A stretch of DNA of 64,000 bases from Iphione sp. A-MEVVRFRX5 (taxonomy: Eukaryota): assembly GCA_976226885.1 (NCBI GenBank), contig OZ320313.1, positions 157,232,001 to 157,296,000 on the forward strand, in the 5' to 3' direction. This document shows positions 41,126-51,704 of this stretch, piece after piece; position 1 is the first letter of the stretch; every line of letters begins with the position of its first letter. Under the pieces are notes generated by a model. The model was not told the DNA's origin and searched no databases. It was given only the letters and a program-made list of their open reading frames with translations. Made by a program: the position numbers and the translations under genes.

Positions 41126-42031
41126 TTAGGGGTTCGTGGCTCTATCTAGACTGGGCGAGGTGACGGGAGATGGTGGGTTGGCGTTTGAGTTATCATCGTC
41201 AGTTGCTACGCCTGAGGTTGCGGCCGGCTGCTGCTGCTGCTGCGGCTGCGGCTGCGCTGGTAGCGGTGGGGTCAGGCTCGACTCCAGCGACGAGGCCAAC
41301 CACTGCCCACCATCCTCCACCACCACGCCGCTCCCTCCGCCACCAGGGTGCGTGGGTGGCGCCTTCTCCGAGTTGTTATTGGTCGGGTCGGCGGTGCCGC
41401 GCTCCCCAACCCGCGCTAACGCATCGTCCAAGATGTCAGCCGGCGGCAGGGGCGGTGAGGGTGGAGGGGGCGGCAGGGGTGGCGACTCGGGCCTACTACT
41501 ACTGCTGTTGCCGCCGCCGCCGCCGCCGCCGCCGATTCCAGAGTTCTTGTTCTCGTCACGCGCCTGGCTGCAGGCCGGCGGCAGCGGCGGTGCCACATTT
41601 ACCGCCGCCGCCGCGGCCGCCGCCACCACGAGCGGCAGGTTTCCTGGCGGTTCCGCGGGCGGCGGGCTGTCCTCGTCCATACTGGGTCCGGCCGGAGGGC
41701 ACCCGACCAGCGGCGACGGCGGCGGTGGCTCATCAAGCAGTGGGTCAGCAGCAGCGGCGGTCATGGCGGAGGCGGCGGCGGCGGCGGCGGCCAACGGTCC
41801 GAGGATGTCGAGGGGCGGAAGGGGCCGCGCCGAAGTTTGTATGGTCAGTGGGTTTGTCGTCGCTCGCCGGCCTGCCGCCATTTCATAGGCTGGCGCGGGC
41901 GGGGACGGCGAGGGGCTGGCCGGCCCCGAGGCCGGCTGAGGACTTGCTCGTGACGGGGGTGAAGGGCTCTCCTGGGCTAAAAGCAGGGATGGGTCACGTT
42001 CCTGAGTCGGGGGATATTCCTCCTCGTTATC
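41126..42031 (-). CDS. SCRIB: Large Pro/Ala/Gly-rich exon ending in TAA; probable alternative terminal exon of scribble
   Basis: caccag|GAT phase-0 acceptor after a T-rich tract; 301 open codons, very GC-rich. No consensus donor is seen before the stop. An AATAAA (minus strand) lies at about 40111-40116. Confidence 0.7.
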   Translation of the reverse strand, partial: DNEEEYPPTQERDPSLLLAQESPSPPSRASPQPASGPASPSPSPPAPAYEMAAGRRATTNPLTIQTSARPLPPLDILGPLAAAAAAASAMTAAAADPLLDEPPPPSPLVGCPPAGPSMDEDSPPPAEPPGNLPLVVAAAAAAAVNVAPPLPPACSQARDENKNSGIGGGGGGGGNSSSSRPESPPLPPPPPSPPLPPADILDDALARVGERGTADPTNNNSEKAPPTHPGGGGSGVVVEDGGQWLASSLESSLTPPLPAQPQPQQQQQPAATSGVATDDDNSNANPPSPVTSPSLDRATNP

Positions 42032-42731
42032 CTGGTGGCCACACGGTGGCAGCACCGGCAGCATGCACAACGACGAAAAAAAAATGGGAGGAAGAGAGAG
42101 AGAGAATGAGTGTCAACCAGAGGGAAACCAGGTAGATCCTCATCAGAGGACGAGAGGAACAACGCCACCAGATATCGTGTCGAGAGTATCCAGCAAAACT
42201 GAGAAAAAGTCACAAGTGACCAAAGGAGGACGATCCACAATATGAAAGAGACAATACCACACTAAAGCAAGCACTACCTTTGGCTGGAGGGTCTGTGTCA
42301 TTGGTAGGTTTCTGCCTATAGTGTACACGTGCAACAAGGTGTCAACTCGAACGCTTCCCCATATCTATGATTTTTTTTACTTCTTTTGACAATAAAAAAA
42401 ACACAAAGGGAGGGAGTCATATAAATATACTTGCCGACCCGCAATTTGCTTACTTAACACTGAGAACAAAGCGTTTTTTAGGTTATTACCAATAGCTGTA
42501 AACACGGCTCAGGCTTCTAAAACCCCACGGTGCTTAATGTCCAGAGATTAAGCTCTTGGTGCAAGCCCCTCTACAATGCCGCGATATATACAATGTAGTT
42601 GGCAGTTGCGATTCGGTCACATGCCAACCGCCACAAGTCACCCAGTGGAGGTACAAGGCACGAGGTTGTTTGGACGTGTACACCACAAGAGAGGAGGACT
42701 TTCTACCTACCCAGAACAGGCACGTGCTCAC

Positions 42732-42997
42732 CTGGGACGCCTTCATCAAGGCAAGCTAGCAGCGAAAGTCGGCCCCACCATGCACAGGCTGCGGCAGGGC
42801 CCCCGAAAGCCATCCACGGGCGGGNNNNNNNNNNNNNNNNNNNNNNNNNNNNNNNNNNNNNNNNNNNNNNNNNNNNNNNNNNNNNNNNNNNNNNNNNNNN
42901 NNNNNNNNNNNNNNNNNNNNNNNNNNNNNNNNNNNNNNNNNNNNNNNNNNNNNNNNNNNNNNNNNNNNNNNNNNNNNNNAAAGGTACCTTTATGCTG
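42732..42997 (-). CDS. Candidate exon spanning assembly gap 1
   Basis: A long pyrimidine tract and caccag|CAG acceptor lie on one side of the gap, and a CAG|gtgagc donor on the other. The frame cannot be fixed because of the Ns. Confidence 0.35.
42825..42979. other. Assembly gap
   Basis: 155 N. Confidence 1.
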
Positions 42998-44490
42998 CTG
43001 GTGACATTCAAGAAATGGAAGAAAGAGGAGAGCGTAGAGGAGGGATAAAAAATGACACGCCTTGCAATGCAGACTGGAGGACGAGCAACGAAGGAGCAAC
43101 TGAAGGCAAACCACAAGGAATTCAGAAACTGCGAGGGACGCATGCTGCCGGTGTCATGTTGATCGTTCTCAAAGGAAGAGGAGTCAACTAATGAGGGAAG
43201 TGGGAGGGGAGTTTCAACAAAATGAGATAGCACACGATGGTGAACTCAAACGACAATTCAAGGCATGCTTGACCTAATGTCTCTTCAGTGGGAGGGAAGG
43301 AGAATAAAAGCCACGAGAATCGAATCAATATCTGGTACTGTGTCACCCTTGTAGGAATTCTTTCAAAAAAAGAACATGCTGTTATTTTCTGGTCTCCAGT
43401 ATCTCATTTTTAAGACCTAGCCCCCACATCAAGCGGCATTGAAACGTCCCAAATTCTGCAGGTATACATACTGGACAGGAGTATCTTAACATTAAGCTGA
43501 TACCATTATCTTCAGAAGGAGTGAACCTATGGTCTTCTTTGGAAACAAGCCCCGCTGTTAGGAAACCATACCCTTCTTCACGGTTCTGTTCAGGTATAAG
43601 ATCACCACTCGTCAATTAAATATATCATACAACTTAAAAACCAGTCCATGCATACGTAATTACACCAATGTTATTGTAATGGGTAAAAGTGATTAAAAGT
43701 TATACACAATATCTACCGACCTCTACGCGTCGTTCCACACATCATGCTTTTAAAAAAAGGGCCTGGCAAGGCTTTATAAATGCTTTAAAAACACTTCCAC
43801 TTATATATATAAAAAAAAAAATGAACACGCACAAAATAGCAAAGTCTTACGGCAGACAATGCGCCCGATGTCCTTTTTACTTTTCTTATGAAGTATGGTG
43901 ATTCAGCAGTAGAGTGCTGCCCCCCAGTGCTGTCCGTAGGCAACACGGACACTGCCCTTCCACATACCGTCAAGCGCCATCAGGGCCATGCGTGGCCAAA
44001 CACAAGGGCGGGCCCCGCACAGGACCATTTCCAGACAAACACACCAACAAACAAACATATCATTCTGGCCAACGCTCTAGAGATGGGCGTGCCAGAGTTG
44101 CAGAATTAAAACTGGAAAAACGCTAGATTCCATTACATGAAGAACATGTTGTTCGGACACTCTTAGGTGTTTGTTTTTAGCTCCCCCCGCCCCTCCGATG
44201 AAGGGAGGGCAGGAGTGACGCCCACAGCGCACAAACAAACGGGGCGACGAGGAGCCTGACATCAATGGCCGACGATGACGTCACGCACGTCGGGGAATTG
44301 GCACAGGAGCGCTCAACGGCGGCTGTCACCCGCGCCGTCGTCACGCGGGGAGGAGCACGATTTGACCTGACGTCCTTACTTTGGTTATAAGATATATACA
44401 GATACCGCTGGTCTTCTCTCTTACTAAACAAGGAGGGGAAACTAAGAACTATGTCAGGATCAGTGGAGGTCAACCTTGCGTGCTGCTCAC

Positions 44491-44598
44491 CTGCATGGGA
44501 GGCGGGGACACGTAGGCGGGGGCGGGGGCGTGTGAGGGTGAGGCGGCGGGCGAGGCGGCCGCCGACCGCTGCTCGGCCCGCTCACGCAGCAGGTGATC
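44491..44598 (-). CDS. SCRIB: Probable Scribble tail exon (108 nt, phase 0-0)
   Basis: cttggcag|GAT acceptor and CAG|gtgagc donor; GC-rich, DHLLRERAEQRSAAASPAASPSHAPAPAYVSPPPMQ. Confidence 0.75.
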
Positions 44599-44650
44599 CT
44601 GCCAAGACACAAAAGGCTGTAATTCAGTAAACTTGTCGCAAGTCGGACGG

Positions 44651-44897
44651 NNNNNNNNNNNNNNNNNNNNNNNNNNNNNNNNNNNNNNNNNNNNNNNNNN
44701 NNNNNNNNNNNNNNNNNNNNNNNNNNNNNNNNNNNNNNNNNNNNNNNNNNNNNNNNNNNNNNNNNNNNNNNNNNNNNNNNNNNNNNNNNNNNNNNNNNNN
44801 NNNNNNNNNNNNNNNNNNNNNNNNNNNNNNNNNNNNNNNNNNNNNNNNNNNNNNNNNNNNNNNNNNNNNNNNNNNNNNNNNNNNNNNNNNNNNNNNN
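44651..44897. other. Assembly gap
   Basis: 247 N. Confidence 1.
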
Positions 44898-45641
44898 CAG
44901 ACATGCATATATAAGTAGAATGGGGACACACACAAAAAAACCGACATCTGACGAAAAGTCCCATAACATTGAATATATGTACTCCAGTATTATACTGGTT
45001 GGAGATCTGCATGCAACCATTAGGTACAATGTGTGCTACATGAATGCATGTCGGTAATGGAGAGACTTCAAGCATGTTTCCAAGTTTATATATTGGCTGT
45101 TGAAAAGTAGTATATTGTCTTGATGTACGTGTAAATGGTATGCAATTCGTGTGAACGTACCCTTTTATTTTGCTCTTCTGCTTCCCATTGCTTTACTTCA
45201 TTTATTGTTTCCTGCTCCTAAAAAATCATGTACATGTATTGCAACATAAATCGTGTAGAACAAAGAACACGTGATAATACATACCATAGTTCGAATAACA
45301 ACACTGATCGGAATACACGTGCAAAGTATGCTTTACCCAATATAGAACCTATAATAACATCTACAATTGGATTGGTTGCGCACATCTACTCTGATAGTTT
45401 CTAAGAAAATAAATTTATATGTCTACAGGGTAATCTGTGAAACTATATATAAGCATTAAACATCACGTGCGCGGGTTTTTGTTCTTAAAGTCAAGACGCA
45501 TGGTATACGTGAAGGCACACGTGCAGCAATCCGTGAAAGCTCAACATCTACTTCCTCATGAATATGAGCTGGTAAAAGGTGTTTCCCCCCCCCCCCCTCG
45601 GCCGTAGGATTCGACAGACAAGAGGGAAATCCCAGTCGTAC

Positions 45642-45878
45642 CTTTTGCACAATGATCAGGTCCTCATCGTCGCGGTCGATGCTGGATATGGACTCGTGCC
45701 TGGAGATCTGGGAGATCTGCGAGGCTTGCGATAGCGAGGAGCCGGCCGAGGTGGGCGAGGCCAGCTCGGCGGCCGGGTCGTAGCCGTCACACACCATCAG
45801 CACCATCTTCTCGCCCACCGAGCGCAGCCCCTTCACACCTTCCTCGTGCGTGGCGCCCAGTAACGACTGTCCGTTCAC
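45642..45878 (-). CDS. SCRIB: Scribble exon, PDZ4 C-terminal part and start of tail
   Basis: ctccag|GTG acceptor and AAG|gtacga donor; VNGQSLLGATHEEGVKGLRSVGEKMVLMVCDGYD...HESISSIDRDDEDLIIVQK. Confidence 0.95.
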
Positions 45879-46206
45879 CTGGAGTTAGGAGCACAGGTGC
45901 ATTTAGCACTTATCCAGCCAAGGGTTTCTCTCAGCACAAGTCTGACGGACCCTCACTGAGAGTATTCAAACCACCATCATTACTGTTTTTTTTTTGTTTT
46001 TTTTTTGTAATGAGACGCTCGAGATAACGTGGGGTGCCGAGAGCTGATCGGAGAAGTTCTACGTGTTTTCGGTAGCAAAAGAAATACCATCAAGTCCTTA
46101 TAAAGTCGTCTAATAGTTGGTAATCTAGAGCTGGTCGAAACAGGCATTCGACGTTCTTCGACTCTGAAGAGCAAAAAAAAAACAATGAAAACATAGAAGT
46201 ACATAC

Positions 46207-46269
46207 CTCAAGAATTCTCTGGCCGACTTTGAGCCTAGCATCACGAGATACAGCACCATTAGGAGTTAT
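46207..46269 (-). CDS. SCRIB: Scribble exon, PDZ4 middle
   Basis: acacag|ATA acceptor and GAG|gtatgt donor; ITPNGAVSRDARLKVGQRILE. Confidence 0.93.
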
Positions 46270-46594
46270 CTGTGTCGAAAAAAATGTTGATCAGAATAAA
46301 AATTAGTGGGAAAAAACAATGCACTATGCAACGGAGCGGTCCAGTCCATACTGCACAGTAATACTCAGGGAAAGAGATACTTCATATCTGTTTCACTAAG
46401 AGGACCTCGATACAAACTGCCCAAAAAATATTTCTTGGCCGTTCGTAGAGCTTTATGTCGAATTTATTTCATCTACAATGGGAAGCCACTGAGCAGATCA
46501 AGTGGGGATAGGCAATGCACACCTTGACAGTTTCTAGTCACCATGTATATGCACACGTACACCGAATTCTTTCAACCCAACTGTTCCAATCCAA

Positions 46595-46932
46595 GGCCGT
46601 GTTCACATGTATCCATATTTTTTCAAACTGTGTGCTGTCCCGTAGCCATAAAATATCCGCTCTGTAGCATTTGAACTAGTGTCTTCACATGTATCCGTTC
46701 AAAATGGACACAGACCCATACCCATTTTCTGAAACTGGCGGAGATGGACATTTTATGGGTATGGGCCCATATCCATATTGAGAAGTGGGTCAGGTTGCTT
46801 GAAAATTACAGATACAGACAGGTTTCAACACCCACACATGAATGATCCGACAAAAACCACGGACCAGGCACTGTATTTTGATAATGGGTTCAGCCAAGTT
46901 TTGAAAAAGTATGGACACAGGTGAAAGGCACC
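46595..46932. mobile_element. Degenerate MITE in a PDZ4 intron
   Basis: Imperfect ~35-bp TIRs GGCCGTGTTCACATGTATCCATATTTTTTCAAACT versus the reverse complement GGTGCCTTTCACCTGTGTCCATACTTTTTCAAAACT; flanks CAA/TAA. Confidence 0.6.
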
Positions 46933-47135
46933 TAAAGGACGCCTGCAGTCCTTGGAGAACTTGACGTACGTGTCTCAAAAGCTACCTGAAGCCAGTTCCT
47001 GGAGGTTTAGCACGTGTTAGCTTTATCTATAGGGCATTTATTTACTGTAAGTTGTCAATCTGTTTTTTGTTTTCCTTTTTCTTTCTCTATCTTTCCCGAT
47101 ATGGTTCACAAGGGTCCCGGAAGTTGGCTGCTCAC

Positions 47136-47369
47136 CTTGGAGATGAAGATGCCCTCGTCCGTGCTATCGAGTGGGTTGCCGGGCACGCCGCGAGCCCCGC
47201 CCTTGATGCTGACGCCCAGCTTCTCGCCGGGCGCCTTGTAGATGGTCAGCTCCTGGAGGCCTGGAGGGGGCGGGTCGTGCCGCACCTCAAGGACTATCTC
47301 GAAGGTGGGCGCGATAAGCGCCATCACCGCCTCCTGGTGCGTGGCCTTCCGCACATCCTTACCGTTCAC
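47136..47369 (-). CDS. SCRIB: Scribble exon, PDZ3 end and PDZ4 start
   Basis: ctgacag|GTG acceptor and AAG|gtgagc donor; VNGKDVRKATHQEAV...HDPPPPGLQELTIYKAPGEKLGVSIKGG...DEGIFISK. Confidence 0.96.
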
Positions 47370-47832
47370 CTGTCAGGAGTGGGACAAGCGGGACAATCGT
47401 ATTCAAACAGACTGATTACTTCCGACGCGTACATGTACAAGTAAGAGACTCAGTTCAAACTGGGATCACGGGGGAGACCAAACCAGGACAGAGACCCAAG
47501 ATTTCACAGTACCAGGGTGGAGAAATCCTCTTTATTGGTCATGCCTAATGCGACCAAACCAGAGGGGTGACCAAAACTGGCCAGTCCTAGGCTTGGTCTC
47601 ATAAGCGGGTGTCAACTGTATAGCACTTCAGTAAAACTAAAGATTTCTATGAAACGACGGAGGGGGGGGGGAATGGAATCTACCCCCTTTTAAATCCGCT
47701 CTTCCTGTACAACACCTCAGCGGACAGTATTTCTTTGGCTGTGTAACCTAAAAGATAAGGATGGGCGACTAAGGTACAAGAGAAGACAAGGCCGGGGGCC
47801 GGGGGGGGGGGGGCCGGGCGCGTGATACTGAC

Positions 47833-48003
47833 CGATAGAATGCGGTCGCCTATGCGGAGCGGGGTGCGAGCGGCAGCGCCCTCGGGCACGATCTTGGAGA
47901 TGAAGACACCGCGGTCCTCGACGCCGAACGGATGGCTGGTGTGGTCCGTGCCGCCGACGATGCTCAGACCCAGCGGTCCGCCCATCTTCTTAATGACGAT
48001 GGT
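47833..48003 (-). CDS. SCRIB: Scribble exon, PDZ3 N-terminal part
   Basis: cttgtag|ACC acceptor and TCG|gtcagt donor; TIVIKKMGGPLGLSIVGGTDHTSHPFGVEDRGVFISKIVPEGAAARTPLRIGDRILS. Confidence 0.96.
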
Positions 48004-50686
48004 CTACAAGGTAGGGGGAGGGAAGCGGGTTAAGGTCCGGTCTCGCGAAGCTAGTGGGTAAACCACCGGACAACAAGGGCAAGGGCGCACGTAAACGAAG
48101 GACTTGTGTAATGGGACCTCTGACTTTGTCCGACACAGTCACTCCATCATCAACTTATCTATAACTGAGTTACCGTTCTTGTTTTTATGTATATATAAGC
48201 AAGCTGTGCGATTAAGATAATAAGCAAATGAAATGGTATAAGAGTGATGGGAGGTACTCGTCCATACATTAATGTCGTGGACCCATAGTGGACCGTGCGT
48301 CAAGTTTTGTAATGTTCATAGTAAATAAAACTGAACGGCCGCCATTTATATATGTACATGCAAACGCACTAGGCACTGAGTTTCATCATGTAATCCCATG
48401 TGCCTCGAATCTGTGGGGGAAAAAACCATTACCACGATTAATACCATCCATTACCTCATAGATTCCTTAGTCTACGTCCCGGTACCCACTTATCATTACC
48501 AAAGCAGTGTGTTTTGTTAGTTGCAGTATACTTCTTACCAATCACCAGGCTTGAATGCATTATCTGTCGTACACTGCTAAGAGAGAGTGATGGTAACTAG
48601 CTCCAGTCCGTAAAAAAAAAATCAAAAGCTGCACAGCTATCCTTTAAACCGTTAATCTGGCCGAGAAAATATTAATGTGTATGTGGAAATGCACTTCGAA
48701 AGACATGAAGATTCTTCAACTACACATGTGAACTTCGATATAAATTGGACAGGTTCGTCCTGTATAAATTTACTGGAGTGATCGTGATTCCAAATTTGTT
48801 TTGGTTGGACAACTTCTGACCTTAAAAGTAATAACTTCACCAAAACTTACAGTGTGCATAGACGGCAAACAACATCTGACGTAACTAACTTATAATAGAC
48901 ATCCCGAGAGAAACAAAACGGTGACCGCAAAGTGTAAATAATATCATTCCAGTTATTTAGGGTAAATAAGGGACAATACATTTGCAGGGACGACAGTCCA
49001 TCGGCATGTAGCTCTGATCATTAGAAATAGTGAGTAGTTAACAATACAGAGATGGTAAATATGCAAGGGGGAGTAGAGAGATGCACATCTGGGGTGAAGT
49101 GAGCGAGTGTTTGGAGAGACTTCTCTTCAGGCAGAATATATGACATGAAGGAGAAGTAGGAGCAACTAGCTGATGAAAAGAGCCGCGATAGAATGAGAAA
49201 AAGAGGGAGTCTAGGCGTAACCTGATTGAACTAGGGGCAACGAGGCGGCTGCCAGATATACATACGGTGGTGTCATGGTGCTGATCTGGGGCAGCTAGAG
49301 TTGTCGGCGTCTGGACGTGAGAGAAAAGTATTGGGCTAAGCCTTTCCCGACTTCCAAGGTTCCACAGGGTGCTGCACAACGTGTAGTGGGCCCCACCCCA
49401 GGCTAAGGGGCCCATCCCCAACACAGCAACCAAGCATTGAATCCCGACACCTAGATCACTGTATTATACATCCTGCCCACCTTTATTAGAACCTTTGGCT
49501 TAACCAGGACTTTTTTTAGGCTCCCCCCAAAAAGTACTTCTTTTTTCACAATAACATTCTGTATCTGTACGGAGAGCATGTGTGTAAGTGTGTCAAGAAT
49601 ATGAGTCCGTTCACACCAGGGTGGGTTGTGAGCTTCCTACTCTAATCCAGTGAAGTGCCATCTCAGCCAGGAATCGGTTGTCTGTGTTGTGTCTTCGCCA
49701 GGACAGAGATGCTGACCAAACTGGACGATAAGGAGCTATCCGACAACAACTAACATGAACCATGCAGCTTGAGAGCATTTGTCGTGCGGTCCGACGAGGG
49801 CAAACAACTCGTTTCAAAGAGAGCCAGCTTTAGTGGGGCCCACAGGAGGCTGGTAAAAAGACGCAGAGAGAATCTGCTAGAAACGTAGGACGACGAAATT
49901 CGGTTGCTACAGATACTTGACTGATAAGAGACCATTTTTAGACTGTTTTTTTATATACCCCTTTCTTTTTCGGTATAACTTCACGGCAAATTTGTCTTCA
50001 GGCTGCATTTAACCACATACTAATTGAGAATTTCAGGGGGGAAAAGGGGCACCAAGTTTTAATATGAAAAAAAAAACTAATGGATGCTGTGTAGAAGATA
50101 ATCTTGAAAATCGGACAACATTAAGAATTAGAAGATACGCCTTCGACTAAATTATAACCAAAACAATGAACCTTGATAGCGCTCGCTCTTGGGTCCTTTC
50201 CTTGCTTCTGTGCGACGGCAATAGGAAAGCATCAAGAAGTGTAAAACAATTGAAAACAACAAATTATGACGATGCTACGCATACTCACACAAACTAAGAC
50301 ATAAATAATGCCTATTCTAACTTCTTAACGCGGGTTCTAAAAAAATTACGTATACAAAATGCAATGGTAGCTCCCCCTCACAAAGTGAAAGGGCTACAAG
50401 GGAGAAAATACGTTTTTTTTTTTTGTTTTTTAACCCGTGAAGTAAACTTGCTCAGAAAAAAATTAGGATACAGCATAGAAAAATATGTAGCTTTCAGGAA
50501 AATTCATACTTCTATCATAGATGCTTCCACTTTAGGTGTCGGTTTAAAATTGTATGTATAACACTTTGCCCACTTTTGTTTGGCAGGGAAATAAATATTG
50601 AAGGACAAAAGGAATACTGATGGTAGGGGGTGGGTGCAGGGTTCGGACGGTTAATCACCCTCTATAGACCTTGGTGAGTTGCTCAC

Positions 50687-51367
50687 CTCCACAGGATAGA
50701 GCAGGTCCTCGTCGCCGTCGATGTGGTCGTCGTCCTCCGTGGTGATCTGGGGCACCGGATGATGATTGACTGTGCTATTGCTTGTCACGACGGTCGTCGT
50801 CGTCGTCACTGTCGCAGCGGTTATCGCGGCGTTGGCCGTCGTCACCACCGCCGGCCGCGCCACCTCCTGCTCCTTGCTCTTCTTGGCGAGCAGGTTAAAC
50901 TGCTCGACTAGGCTGGCCCCGGAGGAGGCCAGCGGAGCAGTAGTCCGTGCGAGCGGCGACACGGGCCGGGTCTGTCTTTGTGCGGGGGTCGCAGATGGCG
51001 CGGCCGGCGAGGTGGTGCTCGGGACCGCTGTCGGCGAATGACCGCTTCCGCTGCTGGGGGTGAAGCGGCCGCCGGGTGGGGGGTCGAGTTGCGGTGTTAC
51101 ATGCGCCGTCATGGACGGCAGGCTCTCGATGCGTAGCGTTGGCGGCGGCCCGCTGCCTAACGTCGGCGCCTGGTGGTAGGGAGAGCGCAGTGGCGACGCC
51201 GTGCGGTGATCGTCAGTGGCGCCCGGGAGCGGCGACGGCGACTTGCTGCTTCCGGTTCCGGGTTTGATGAGGTTCTCGCGATAGACGACGAGCGTGATTT
51301 CATCCGAACTAGTCAGCAAGGACACCACCTGATCGTGACGGGCGTCAGACACGTCCACACCATTGAT
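50687..51367 (-). CDS. SCRIB: Scribble exon, PDZ2 C-terminal part plus long S/T/P-rich PDZ2-PDZ3 linker
   Basis: ttttag|ATC acceptor and GAG|gtgagc donor; INGVDVSDARHDQVVSLLTSSDEITLVVYRE...LLYPVE (227 codons). Confidence 0.93.
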
Positions 51368-51623
51368 CTAAAAAGAATGGAGAAGCATCACACTGGGGAC
51401 TGGAAATATTCACCGCGGAGCTCTATGAAATGCCGGCTACCCAAGTTTACCAACAATGCCAACAAAAGCAGTGCTAAGGTTCCACTGGATAAGTTTGTTC
51501 ACACTTATAGAATTGATACACAGTACCCTACTGAAGACTGAGAAGTATGAGAAGTCTATAAAAGGCCTCTCGCTTTTGCTCGATCTCAGTTCAAAGTACA
51601 TAGAACGGGCCAGCTCATCTTAC

Positions 51624-51704
51624 CGAAATAATCCTGTCTCCTACAGCCAGCTTCCCGTCCCTGTCTGCTACTCCGCCTTCAGTCACCCGTGATATGTATA
51701 TGGA
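51624..51704 (-). CDS. SCRIB: Scribble exon, PDZ2 middle
   Basis: cttttctag|TCC acceptor and TCG|gtaaga donor; SIYISRVTEGGVADRDGKLAVGDRIIS. Confidence 0.95.

Noticed and set aside
41136-42135. Long plus-strand ORFs of 250 and 321 aa
   Set aside because: These are antisense shadows of the GC-rich minus-strand exon.
42576-45075. ORFs containing X runs
   Set aside because: Their length is an artefact of translating through N gaps.
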